DNA from: the human T2T-CHM13v2.0 reference genome, Homo sapiens
Assembly: GCF_009914755.1 (NCBI RefSeq)
Contig: NC_060944.1
Strand: one strand, 5' to 3'
Length of the DNA: 64,000 nt
Shown here one piece after another: positions 26,451-40,011 of this stretch (position 1 is its first letter; each line of letters begins with the position of its first letter). Both the position numbers and the translations under genes were made by a program. The notes beneath the pieces were generated by a model that worked only from the letters and a program-made list of their open reading frames with translations, searched no databases and was not told the DNA's origin.

Positions 26451-27009
26451 TTTATATGACCCAAGGTGATTGGCTGGTACTATATCTTCTTCTAATTTCT
26501 TTTTCACCAAATTAGATATGACAGGGGTCTATCTAGCTTTTAGGAAGTTGAGGCATGGGTGGGATCACATTGCTTAGAGGAGAGATCAGGTTCATTGTAA
26601 ACTAGCTTTGCTTAACAAGAAGATAGGCTTTCAAGAACTATTAACAAAATTACCTCTGTTCCTACCATTCAGAAAAGCTATTTAGCAATTATATGTTGAT
26701 GTATAAACATTTTTTAATCTCTTCAATTGTTATAGAAAATGGAAAGTGACTAGAAATAAATGCATGCCTGATATTTATTTCAAAAGTCCTTACTTCCAGA
26801 GCTGCTTCAGAACTAAGAAAAAGAAAAACAGAAAAAAACTGGAGCCAATCTCCTCCTCCTCCCTCATCTATCAGTTTGAGATATAGGATTTTATCCTGTG
26901 TAAGATCCTAACTTTGTAAGACAATTTATGATATTAATATTTATTATGGCAGCAAAGTAGAAATCTTCACTTAGAAATATTTTTAAAAAGGATAAAAGCT
27001 AAAATTATT

Positions 27010-27570
27010 TTAGTTATTAGTCAGAATTTTTCTGCTTTCAATAAACAGAATCTCCTCCTTAATCTGGCCCAAGGGAAAAAAAAAAGATAAAAATCCACTG
27101 TCTTTTATAATTCAAGAGACTCAGGGTTAGACATAATGTCAGCTCAATCTATGGACTCAAGTAGCATTATAGGGATTTTTCTATATCTTTTTGCCCTGGT
27201 GTGTGTGTGTGTGTGCATGTGTGTTTGTCACGTGTGTGCCCAAGAGACTTCTTGGGCAGTCTTTTTCCATTTGGGGGCAGGATGGTGATCAGCTGCTCCA
27301 AGATTACATTTCACCATCCTGTTATGCAGCTGCGTTTCCAAAAGTTTCAGCAAAAGTCCTAAAATCGAGTATAATTGCCTCATGTGGGTCATATACCCAT
27401 CTTTGAAGCCATTGGTATGACCATGGAATGGAAAACGCTGATTGAGCAAGGCTGGGTCCTATGTCTCATCTTTCTTCACCCACTCAGCTGCCAGAATTGG
27501 GTGGGAATTACTCAAACCACATGGACTCAGAGAGGTAGAGTGGCCACTTCTCAAGGGATAATCAACTCTT
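27010..27570 (-). mobile_element. old MLT1 (J/K/L-like) MaLR LTR
   Basis: TTATTAGTCAGAATTTTTCTGCTTTCAATAAACAGAA start; GGGTCATATACCCATCTTTGAAGCC...GCTGATTG motifs. Confidence 0.6.
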
Positions 27571-28217
27571 ACATAAAATCAACTTTCTTTTTTTCCAATG
27601 GATATTATTTAATTGAAATTTGATTACAGTTTGGTTATAGCAGAAGTTAGATGGGAAGGAGTATTGAATCTTTTAATCATTCAGCCTAACATAAGGAATT
27701 TTGTCTGATGAATCACAGTATTAAGCTAAACAAATAGTGGATGTGATTAATAAAAGCAAAAAGCAGTGAGAGCTAAATGCAGTCTCCACTTCAGTGTGGC
27801 CAAGGCCTTTGACTCATTGTCATTGACCTTCTCAAGCTTTAGTCAATCCAGTTGGAAATTCTGCTAAAAGTCAGTATGTCACCACTAAGCAGACATTGAG
27901 TTTGAAGTGACCTTTTTTGAGTAAATAAATTAGAGAAGACAACAAAATTAAGCAGCGACCTTGAGATAGCCAACACAGAAATCTGTATGGAGGATTATAT
28001 GATCTTCCAGTTTCTGGCCTTTATCCCATTGTCCTCCAGCCACCAGATAATTTCCAGCTTCTGTTTCTATGCTTTGTGAGGGCTTGACATTTCAATCACA
28101 AATTTGAGGATGTGAGCCTCTGAGTTTACCTGTTGCTGATCTTCATTAATGTTTCCAGTCTATGATGGTTTCGTGTTATGGTGTCCATGGATCTGGAAAT
28201 GGGAAAGGAGATGAAGA

Positions 28218-28463
28218 GTAAAGTGATGAAGAAACTGGGTATTGGAGTCAGGCATGCCAGGGTTTAAGTCATGCATCTGCCACTTTCTTACTATGTCTTT
28301 GGGCATGGGAAAGATGTTTGAATCTGTTTCCTCATTTGTCAAATGATGATTTCTACAGTTTTTACCTTAGAGTGTTGTTGTGTTATATAAGATAATTCAC
28401 TTGAATGCTTAGCAAAGTATCTGGCACATAATAAATACTCAGAAAATGAAAGTTGCTATAATT
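28218..28463 (+). mobile_element. near full-length MIR
   Basis: GGAGTCAGGCATGCCAGGGTTTAAGTC; TGTTTCCTCATTTGTCAAATG; TCTGGCACATAATAAATACTCA. Confidence 0.8.
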
Positions 28464-29542
28464 AGAGAATGATACATTGCTTCCTATTAAGGGTGGTGTC
28501 AACTTCTCTTCAATTAGAACCACTAGACAGACAATCCAACTACTGATTATCATGTGAGCCATAAACTCACATCATCACAGTAGGATGTACCCATTTTGTT
28601 TTCATTTCTCACGAGAAAGAGGTGAAGGTGAATAGAAGTCGAGAATGGCATGATTTCCATAATGAGATGATAACGAAAGGCAAGAATGGCAAATCAGCTT
28701 TATTAATACCATGGATGATAAGGATATATGAATACTTTCTTAACTATCTTTTTTACATGAACACTTAGCATAGGAAGCGCAAATGTGAGAATGGAGTGCT
28801 TTATTCCTCCATTTATGTTCATATATACTCAAGGATAAAATGAAGATTAAATGTAGCTTTCATGTATCCCTGCCAGTGGATAGCGGCCTGCAAGCTTATA
28901 TCCTCCACTACAATCGATACTTGGTTGTGGAATGCATTATTTAGTTTGACTCTGTTTTGTTTCAGCAGACTCACCTAATTAGAATTTGCTGAGGCTTATG
29001 TTGAAACAAGTGTGAATTTCCTAAGTATATCCCAATCAGCAGTGGAGGAAATTGGCCTAGAAAACTGTTTGGCAGAAGGATAATGGCAGACTGGGATAAC
29101 GAATACATCAAAAATTATTTGCATATGGATAATTGAGTCTTGACTGTCAACAGCAGTCATTTATGCTCTTTTGCCAGAATACCCAAATATTTAGTCATTT
29201 TACCAAACTAAAAACAGAACAGTAAAATCTCTGGGGGAACCCGCCCAAAAAAGAGACAAATTATTGCTTGATGAGGTACATAGATGCCAGCTAGTTATTT
29301 GATTGTTTCTTTTTCACCTGGAAAATATTAGACAAAGCATTATTTAAGATTTCTAAACATGTGCTTGATAAGACAATGATATAACCTATTCCAAAATCTT
29401 TTGAAATTAAAATAAATTTATATATGTTTATATATGTAATGATACATATTGATTAACACTTAGATTGGAATCTTCATGAGTTTAAAATTTAATTGACACT
29501 TTGTATTCCTTTTGCCACTAAGCAAGATAATTTGTATGTTTT

Positions 29543-30929
29543 AAAGTTGGTGGCATCACACTACCTGATTTCAAACTGTACTATAAGGTTACAGTACCCA
29601 AAACCGCATGGTACTGGCGCAAAAACAGACACACAGACCATGGAACAACATAGAGAACCCAGAAATAAGACTCACACCTGCAACTATCTGACCTTTGACA
29701 AACCTGACAAAAACAAGCAATAGGGGAAAGGATCCCTTATTCAATAAACAGTGCTGGGATAACTGGCTAGCTATATGCAGAAGATTGAAACTGGACCCCT
29801 TCCTTATACCGTATGCAAAAATTAACTCAAGATGAATTAAAGTCTTAAAAGTTAAATCCCAAACTGTAAAAACCCTGAAAGACAACCTAGACAGTACCAT
29901 TCAGCACATAGGCATGGGCAAAAATTTCATGACAAAGATGGCAAAAGCAAATGCAACAAAAGCAAAAATTGACAAATGGGATTAAACTAAAGAACTTCTG
30001 CATAGGAAAAGAAACTATCCGAGTAAACAGACAACCTACAGAATGGGATAAAATATTTGCAAACGATGCATCTGACAAAGGTCTAATATCCAGTATCTAT
30101 GAGGAACTTAAACAAATTTACATGAAAATAACCCATAAAAAAGTGGGCAAAGGAGATGAACAGACACTTCAAGGTATGACATATATGTGGTCAACAATCA
30201 TATGCACGAAAGTTCAACATCACAATGACATACCATCTAACACTGGCCAGAATGGCTATTAAAAAGTCAAAAAATAACACATGCTGGGTGATGTTGTGGA
30301 GAAAAAGAAACACTTATACACTGTTGGTGGGAGTGGAAATTAGTTCAGCCATTGTGGAAGAAGTGTGACAGTTCCTCAAAGACCTAAAGACAAATACCAT
30401 TCGACCCAGCATCCCATTATTGGGTATATACACAAAAGAATAGAAATAATCATATTATAAAGACACATGCATGTTTATATTCATTGCAGCACTATTCACA
30501 GTAGCAAATACATGGAATCAAGCTAAATGCCCATCAATGATAGACTGGATAAAGAAAATGTGATACATGTACACTATGAAATAGTAGCAGCTGTAAAAAG
30601 GCATGAGATCATGTCCTTCACAGGGACATGGATGGAGCCGGAGGTCATTATTCTTAACAGACTAACACGGGAACAGAAAACCAAATACCACATGTTCTCA
30701 CTTGTAAGCGGGAGCTAAATGAAAATACATGGACACATAGAGAGGAACAACACACACTGGGGTCTTCCAGAAGGTGGAGGGTGGAAGGAGGGAGAGGATC
30801 AGGGAAAATATCTAATGGGTACTAGGCTTAATACCTGGGTGGTGAAATAATCTGTACAACAAACCCCCATTACACAAGTTTACCTATGTAATAAACCTGT
30901 ACTACACTTGAACTTAAAAGTTTAAAAAA
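29543..30929 (+). mobile_element. 5'-truncated older L1PA (PA13-15-like), not inverted
   Basis: disrupted ORF2 3' third plus 3'UTR GGGTACTAGGCTTAATACCTGGGTGGTGAAATAATCTGTACAACAAACCCC. Confidence 0.92.
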
Positions 30930-31099
30930 TTTGTTTTTTTAATGTTTTTGAGACTATATTAATGTTAGGATATAATTTTTTTTCTTCAGGAATATACAAT
31001 TTTAGTGATGTTTGAACTACCATGATTTGGTTTCAAACTTTTACTTTGTTTGCAATTCTATATGGCATACCAAGTATATGGCAATCTCTTTATCTGGGT

Positions 31100-31340
31100 G
31101 TAGATAGATAGATATATCTATATCTGTATACATAGGCATCTCTCTCGCTCTCTCCGTATATATATATTATGTATATGTTATATAAATGTATATGTGTATA
31201 CACACACACACACACAGAATAAGATATAGATATTTATTTGGATGTCTGTCTCTCACTCTCTTTTATATATGTCTCTGAATAAATATTTATATATCCTCAT
31301 ACATATATATGAGACAGATGGGGGTGGGGGGAGAGAGAAG
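31100..31340. repeat. mixed (TAGA)/(TA)/(CA) simple-repeat tract
   Basis: read directly from sequence. Confidence 0.8.
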
Positions 31341-31589
31341 AGCTATCTTTTACAGGAAAGTTTATCAATTTGCCCATGGGATAATTTGGTTATTTTATTG
31401 TAGGGCTGGAATTTGAATCTAAGTCCGCCTGCTTCTGTAGCTTGATTTTTCCAAAGTGTGCCACTTATATTTTGGTAAATATGAGCTGCGTTTTCACGGA
31501 ACACAGACATAACATTAAGTAGCATTTAACGATGATAAATTGATTTTTTGTGAAGGTCAAACTCTTAGTTTGGTTCCAGTGGGTATTTA

Positions 31590-31726
31590 AAAAATGTTTT
31601 AACTGTCAAATAATTGTATATATTTATGGGGTTCAATGTGATATTTTGATATATGCATACACTGTAGAAAGATTAAATCAAGCGAATTAACATATCCATT
31701 ACCTAACATACTTATTATTTTTTGGT
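31590..31726 (-). mobile_element. L1MA 3' terminal fragment
   Basis: AATTGTATATATTTATGGGGTTCAATGTGATATTTTGATATATG. Confidence 0.75.
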
Positions 31727-32269
31727 ACTGGAAGGTATTAATCCCTCTTTATCTCTTAATCTCCATTTTTAACACTGATGATTGAGCTTAGGCAGTCAAT
31801 ACAACCTAGGGAGAATTTAATCACATTGCTTTATTTCAGTTTAATTTTATGTCTATTTTCTATTTGTGTTAAATAATACTTATATTTTGGTTTGTTTGTA
31901 ATAGTTTAGAAACATAGATATTTAAAAATCAGTTACTGTATCAAAAATATCAAGTCAATGAAAGGATGTTGATATGCAAACTTTATAACAGTGGCTCTGT
32001 ATGAATGAATAATGGGAAATCATTTCACTTTTTGGCTTTTGATGAATGCTACTCTCCAGACACATGCGTACTTTTCTCCATGGGAACAATACACTTTGCA
32101 ATTGGCATGCCTTACCTTACTGTCTTCTTTCTCTTCCCCCTTTGTCATCATAATTAAATTCTACAGTTAAAACGTTAAATTTAAATTGACACAATGTGTC
32201 CCTAAAGTTTTCCTTTATCTCATGGCAAGAAGTGTTCTCCTTCTGTTTCCCTGGACAGTTTTGTGCCAT

Positions 32270-32466
32270 AAGTCTTTCCCTACTTTGTATATTTCCTTGT
32301 AAATAGACATGTGTTTTTGCCTTTTACTATACCTTCACATCTTGAGGGCAGTATCCTTGTCCAGTACATCTGTCTGTGTGGACCAACACCTGGAATAGAG
32401 ATTTAGGCATAGGAGATACTAAACAGACATTTGTGGAACCAATACATTCATATGTGAATGAATAAA
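32270..32466 (+). mobile_element. L2 3' end
   Basis: CTTGAGGGCAG...GGCATAGGAGATACT...GAATGAATAAA. Confidence 0.55.
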
Positions 32467-32684
32467 GGCAGTTGAATTACCTACTTGATTCATCAGGCAC
32501 TTCACCCTTTTGCAATGACTACATCTCAACTTCAGGAACATTCAAAATTTGCTTTTTAGGGTACAAAATAAGCAAATAAATAACCAAATTAAATTTTTAT
32601 AATTTATAAAAAAGGAAGATAACTGACTTGAGTTTTCCGGTATGAACACCAGTTTTCTCTACCATTCACTAGAGGTATTTTCTT

Positions 32685-32920
<236 letters not shown>

Positions 32921-34085
32921 GGTATTTTCTTAAAAAAAAAAGAAAAGAAACAATTTTTCCTGCGTGTGATGGTCTCACTGTGCTCCCTACAAGGGGATAT
33001 AGCAGAAGGAAGACAATGAAGAGAGATGTAGCTCAAGTTTGTGGAACTGCAACAGTTTCTCTGCTTGCTTAGCATTCCTGATGCTAAAGGGCATACTGTA
33101 GAATTTAACTGTTCCTTAATAATCCTTGAGAGGATGTGGCTGCTGAGTGGGGAGGAAATGCTATTCCTCACTAGTCCACTGCTCTTTCTTGTAGCCGCTC
33201 CTTTGTTTCACCACTGCTACAATTTTTTTTCTGCGGCTCTATCTCCTTTCTTTTCTGTCAGTAAGATGATTCCCAAAATACCCTGGGGTATAGTCACACT
33301 TCTGGATGTTCATTATCTCTAGATGCCCTCAGCTACAGATATTTATTTTCTGCAGACCTCAGTCTGCAAACAAAGAAAAAAAAATAAACTCTGCTACTTG
33401 TTACGGCAGCAGGGCAATCTAAACTGTTTTTCTCTTTCTGAGGCAGTTCAGAGGCCTCAGTGTCTGTATTTTTTCCCTCTAGGTTTTCTGTTTCTCAAAA
33501 GTGAAATTATATGCCAGTGACCATTTTTCATGCCACCCCACCTTTCTCAATAATCTGGACCGTTGGCTATTCCAGTCTTTCCTTCATCATTGCTGCAAAG
33601 CCACTTATAATACGAATGAAGATTGAATTTATGGAAATTGTTGGTTTTGAGCCAAAGATGCTTGAAAATTAATGAGTGGGATTTTAAAAAACTGAGAAAT
33701 TACTTCAATGTGCTACCTTTTGAAAACCCCACAGTCCTTTTTATAAAAAATAAACTTAAGAAACAGCTCAAGTTATTTGAATTCAAATCAGATATCTGAG
33801 ATTAGGGTTGCACAATTTGCTTTTATTCCATGGATGTGTCAAAGTCCTAGTCTCCACTGCCTCCATTTTTATTCTTAGGGCCACCATTGTTTCAAATAAC
33901 TGATCAATAACAAAATTGCCTACATTCAAACGACAATGTTTTATTTCTCTAGCAGTAATTTAGTAAAATGTAGTAAATAGCAAAATAACCAGAAGGAAGA
34001 ATCAGTAGGAGAAAAAATAGGGAAGGCAATCTGAGTAATCTTTTTTGTTGTTGCTGGCATGTAATTGCTTAATATATATACCTCA

Positions 34086-34419
<334 letters not shown>

Positions 34420-34509
34420 GTTACTATGAATGCTTAATGGTTAGAGTAAGTTGTTCACTGAGAATGAAGAAATGACATCAATAATTTCCCATTGAAAAGT
34501 AGTTTATTA

Positions 34510-34990
34510 TATATAATTGTTTTCAGGTGAGTAAGAGAAACTCTACTATAGTGGATTAGCCAAATGGGCATTTATTTTTTCACATAGTGAGTGGGCTGAA
34601 GAAATCCAATAGTGAAAAGGTAGCTCCGTGATTCTGGCGTAGATTCAGTTTGCATCTGTAGCTTTGCTTTGCTTTCCTCTGCCATGTAGCTTTTACCTTT
34701 GGTCTCAGCACAGCTGTTGAAGCTACCGCCATTGGGTGTGCATTCCAGGCAGGAGAAAGGCAAAGGGCACTTACCTTAAATGCTATCCAAGTCTATCTCT
34801 TTTCTTCAGGAAAATGACAGCTTTTCATGAAGGCTGCAATACATTCCCATTTCCTTTTATAGATGAGAACATTGTCATGGGTCTATGCCTTATTGCAAAA
34901 AGTTTGAGGAGCTGTATCTTTAAGCACATCACTACTTAGAACAAAGTCAGAGAAAAAATACTTGGACACAACTAACCATGCCTGCTTAAT
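34510..34990 (-). mobile_element. old MLT1J-like LTR
   Basis: GCATTCCAGGCAGGAGAAAGG, TTTATTTTTTCACATAG, AGAACAAAGTCAG motifs. Confidence 0.55.
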
Positions 34991-35215
34991 GTATAAAATC
35001 AACATGATGTTGATCAGGGCAGAAAAAATGCTAAATTATTTCAGATTAAGTCCCTGATATACTTTATTTAATAAAGAAAATGTCAACGAATAGAGGAGGC
35101 ATAGGAAAAGCATGTTCATGAGAAATATGGGCAGCTCCCAAATGCTGCCCTGGAGAGAGGAGCTCTCAGTTCAAGGGCCTTGTGCTTTTCTATGAAGATG
35201 ATGAAGTGTGTGTGT

Positions 35216-35247
35216 GGGGAGGGGGTGGGGGTAGGGGGTGGGGAGGG
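35216..35247 (+). other. G-quadruplex-forming motif
   Basis: GGGGAGGGGGTGGGGGTAGGGGGTGGGGAGGG: six G-tracts with 1-2 nt loops. Confidence 0.8.
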
Positions 35248-36059
35248 ATGAGAAAGGGGACCAAGAGGGTTTACAGTTCTATTCCTATGGCGTTATAGAG
35301 ACTGGTTTCCTAGCTTTATTATTGACTGGTTGTATGATGTTAAGCTAGTTACTGATTAGGATAACACCTACCTCATTAGGTGGTTGTAATAATTAAGCAA
35401 ATTAATATTTGCAAAACATTTAGTACAGTGTCTTTTACCTAAGTCTTTATTAAATAAGTAAAACAATACCTATCATGGAAGGAATTGATTTATGCTTTGT
35501 CAAACATCAGGTTATATCTTTATCAGATTCAGTATGTCCTGTTATATACTATAGTATCCCCAGCCTCTACATATTGTTAGAGTTCAATCAATGCTGATTG
35601 AATTAATGAATGAATATTAGCTGACACTAAAGCATTTTTGATTCGGTTAGCTCTACATGTTTGTTGCATATTTATGAATGATACTATGATTCCTAAGTAA
35701 GCAGTTGAAGACTCAACCAATGGCCTTTGATTAATTCCAGTTTATATAAGAGTATAAACTATATATGTAAACTAAATGTATATGGTATGAATATATATAT
35801 GAATGTAAATGTGTATACACAAACTACATGGTATATTCATAAAATGTTTTCTGATTCTGATTATTTTTATTTTGACTTGATTTTGCATGGAGCTTAACTT
35901 TTACTTGATAGCAATGGTAACGTCTCAGTACACTGACCCATGTATTGTTCATTTGACAGCTGGACTTTTTCTCTGAAATTAATAAATTGTCATTCTGCTA
36001 TCTATCCTGGTCATCCCTACATTTGACTGCATAAGTAGTAAGATGATCGATTCACAGTA

Positions 36060-36190
36060 TAACTACATTATCTTTCTACATATATCAAAACATCACATTG
36101 TACCCCATAAATGCATACAATTATAATTTGTCAATTAAAACACTGTTAACAAAATATAAATAAATAATAGATTAAATAAATAAATGAAAA
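36060..36190 (+). mobile_element. L1MA 3' terminal fragment
   Basis: ATATATCAAAACATCACATTGTACCCCATAAATGCATACAATTATAATTTGTCAATTAAAA. Confidence 0.75.
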
Positions 36191-36284
36191 GTTCTCAATG
36201 CAGAATCAAATTTTGTCCCTTGTGTTTTAGATAAAGGATTGTAGACTTGCATTTGCTTGGAAGACACTTATATATGTAGTAAAG

Positions 36285-36520
36285 TAGTAGTATAGTCTGG
36301 TTGTTAAGAGCTAGACTCTAAAGACAAAAAGCCAGCTCTACCATTTATTTACTGTCCATGACCTCCTGAGAAAGTTACTGAGCCAGTTTACGCTTCAATT
36401 TCCTCCTCTGTGAAGTTAGGCTAATAACAGCACTTAACTCATTCATGCAGGGTTATTGTATGAATATATACATAGTGCTTAACATAATACATGAAAAAGT
36501 CCTCAACAAGTGATAGTAAC
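36285..36520 (+). mobile_element. MIR SINE
   Basis: GTTAAGAGCTAGACTCT...TTTCCTCCTCTGTGAAGT. Confidence 0.7.
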
Positions 36521-37961
36521 ATGCGCAGTTAAAGCACATAGTATTTTCCAAATTTGTTGAATTCATGGATGAAAAAGGATACTCAGGATCGATGCTCTAC
36601 ATGGGATTTGTTCAACAGACAGCTACCAATAAGGAATAGAGGAAAAGTTCTAATAATTTATCTTAAAATTCAGATGTTTAAAATACATACCCTAGACCAA
36701 TAACCACTTTGCCTCTCTGAACAAATATTATATCGCCAGGTCAGCAAATATACAGGGATTATCCTCAAATACTTACTCTTATAATTGGGACTTTATAAAC
36801 TGATGTTCAGTTTAGATGAGTACAATAATTTAGTAATAAATATTTGAAGAGGAAAAACCAGGCCACTGTAAGATGACACTGTAACATATCCAAATATGCT
36901 TGTTCCTTATTAAACATGCAACACCAAATGTTCCTTGTTAAAATAAAATATTTCATTGAACATCTTAGTGTATAAATTATTGATGGGCTCATTTTAACAG
37001 TTTCCTAGTGGAATTCTAATCTGATTTTCATCTGTAGGGCACAGTATCCTTTTTCTGAATAAAACCATCTCCAGGTCGTCAGTATTTCCTCTAACTATTG
37101 GCATTATATGACCCCTCCATGGAGTTAACATTGGCTTAGTTCTATATTTCCCAAGTACTTAAAAAAAATTGGGTTGCAATCTTGTTTCTTTGCTGATGAT
37201 TCAAGATGATTCTTTTAAGAAAAAAAATTTGTAAGGCTGATCTTCTAAATGTGTTTTTAAACATCCACTTTACATTATTTTCGCTGCTCAAATTCTTAAA
37301 TGTATATTCTTTTCTGAAAATAACTGAAGTATTTGAGACATCAGTTTGTTACTCGTTTTTAAAAAAGTAAATAACATTGTCTCCCTTGAGACTTTCATAA
37401 ATTGGACTTGAAATATACTTATTTTGACCAGGTATTTATTTGCAATTTTCTATTTCAGAATAAATTTGCAAAAAAATACAGAGCAGCAATAACTAAAAGC
37501 CTTGGGAGAATTAATTTAAATATCTTCATGGGAGAAATGTAGTTTTTTCCTACATCATATGAACTTTTTCAAAAAATGACCTAATGAGAATTAAAAAGAT
37601 TCCTGGTATGATAATATTCAGATTTTAATAAGAAGGTGTTAGTGGACTTCAATTATATGCCTTTACCGGCTTAATAGAATCTCAAATAGTCACCATTAAT
37701 GCCACTCCACTGGTCAACTTAAAACTGACATTTTAACTGGGTTAAGCCACTTGTTAACTGGCAGGAAAATATCAACGTCAGATAAGTGTGTCTATAAATA
37801 GTAATGCTACATACTATTTACGACCACTTCTGTTACAACTGTGTATCAATTACCTTCTTCATTTCTGTGATCTTAAGTAGAGTATGTAATAAATACAGTT
37901 TTAATTGCATTTACCTTCTCCAAATAGTTATATTCTGAATTATATATATTTTTCTGACTAA

Positions 37962-38958
37962 AAATACTTGAAATTTTATCAGAAAACTTTTGCATTTCAA
38001 AAGACACAAATCAAGAAAGAGAAAAACCCCACAGACTGTGAGAAAATATTTTCTAATCAATATCTAAGGGATGTGTATACAGAATACAGAAAGAAATCTT
38101 ACAGCTCAATAATGAGAAAGCAAGCAATCCACTTCAAAAATAGGCAACGGATTTTTGAATGGCTATTTCCCTAATGAAGATATAATAGACGAATGACCAG
38201 TATTTACATGAAAAGATGCTCAACGTCATTGGTGATAAAGAAAATGCAAATCAAAAGCACAATGAGATACTACTTCACACCTATTAGAATAGCTGTAATC
38301 AAAAGACAGACAATAACAAGATTTGGTGAGGATGTGGGGAAATTGGAGCTCACATACACTGCAGGTAGGAATGTAAATGGTGGCGTCACTTTGGAAAACA
38401 GTTTGGAAGTTTCTTAAAATGTAACAATGGAATTACCATATGACTCAGCAATTCTACTCTTAGGGATATATCTACAAGAACGGAAAAATATGGCTACACA
38501 AAGATTTTCACGTGAACATCCCTACAAGCTTTGTTTATAATAGCCAAAAAGGAGAAATAACCGAAATACCATCAAACATTGGATTGATAAACAAAATGTC
38601 GTATATCAATACAATGAAATAATGTTGTCCAAAAAAGGAAGAAAGAACTAATTTATGCTACTACATGTACAAACCCCCAAGACATTATGCTAAGTGAAAG
38701 AGACCAGGTATGCATATTGCATGATTCCATTTATAGGAAATAAAGGCAGAGCGTTAAAGATAGAAAGCAGATTATTGGTTTTTTAGGGCCAGGGTGGGAA
38801 TGAGCACAGGGTTTCTATTTGAAGTGATGCAATATTTTCTAAAATTAGATTAATGTAATGGTTGTATAGCTCTGTAAATACAATACAAATTGTTGAGTCA
38901 TACACTTAAAATCAAGGATTTTATATGGCTTGTAAATTATATTTCAATAAAGCTGTTA
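37962..38958 (+). mobile_element. old L1 (L1MB/ME-like) ORF2 end and 3'UTR
   Basis: ORF 38193-38417 MKRCSTSLVIKKMQIKSTMRY is L1 ORF2-like; ends TATATTTCAATAAAGCTGTT. Confidence 0.85.
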
Positions 38959-39257
38959 AGGAAAAATGCCTGAAAAAAATGCCTGAAATTTTTTTTTTTT
39001 ATAAATACAGAAAATTTCATAGAAGAAATATAAAGTCATCCATAATCATCCTGTTTCCCCAAATTGTTACTAATAACAAATTGCTGAATTTTATGTCATT
39101 TTTCCCAAAATGATTACTTCTTTCATATAAGCTTTTTGCACTTGAAGTTCCTAATATTGTTATTACATTTGCACATTATTTATAATGACTATATAGTATT
39201 ACATGTTAGTATCTATCACAATTTATTGTTTTTTTTTCTTTTTTATTGCAATGTAAC

Positions 39258-40011
39258 TGCAATTGTCTGATGGGTTCCTCTTGCCCACTGCACAGATAAA
39301 GCCAATTAAATGACACTGTGGTGTTGCAGTAGAGAAAGAGTTTAATCACAATGTCAGCCAAGCAAGAGGACAGGAGACATTTCTCAAATCTGCCTCCCTG
39401 AAAGCTCAGAGGCCAGGGTTTTAAGGATAATTTTGCAGGCACGGGGCTAGGGAATGGGTGCTGTTCCTTGGTTGGGAATGAAATCATAGGTGTGTACAAA
39501 GTGTCTTTGCATGCTGAGTCAGTTTCTGGGTGGGTGTTTCCAGGTGGGATTCAGTTCCTTGCTGTGAGTCACAGGTCTGAGTGGAGCCAGTGAGACGCCA
39601 GAATGCAAAAATCTGAAAAGTATCTCAAAGACCAATCTTAGGTTTTGGCAATTGTGATGTTATCTATGACAGCAATTGGAGATGTTACAAATCTTGTAAC
39701 CCCTGGTTGCATGACTTGAGCAGGAAGGGACTATGGAAAAGCAAGCTAGAAAACAATGGCTGGTTATCTTTTAACTACACTTACATTTTAGTAGACATCA
39801 GGCCTCTCCCATAATCCTAACCTTGTGGCCTTTGAATAGCCTTACAAAGTCGGTTTCAGTCCCCCAGTAAGGAAGGCATTAGATCTGGGAAGGGACTGTT
39901 ATCTTTGTTTTAAAGTTAACAAAGGCAGTTAGCTTTTGAGGTTAGAAACAAGATGGAGGCAGCTATGGCAGATTTCTCTCACTGTCAGGATTTTTGCAAA
40001 AGGTGGTTTCA
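39258..40011 (-). mobile_element. LTR8-family (LTR8A/B-like) ERV1 solo LTR
   Basis: reverse strand begins TGAAACCACCTTTTGCAAAAATCCTGACAGTGAGAGAAATCTG; 4-bp TSD TAAC (39254-39257, 40012-40015). Confidence 0.88.

Noticed and set aside
26321-27551. The 130-bp repeats as paired LTRs of a provirus or a CRISPR-like array
   Set aside because: Only two copies, internal LTR piece without TG/CA termini, no PBS/PPT or spacers, eukaryotic context; kept as a templated duplication.
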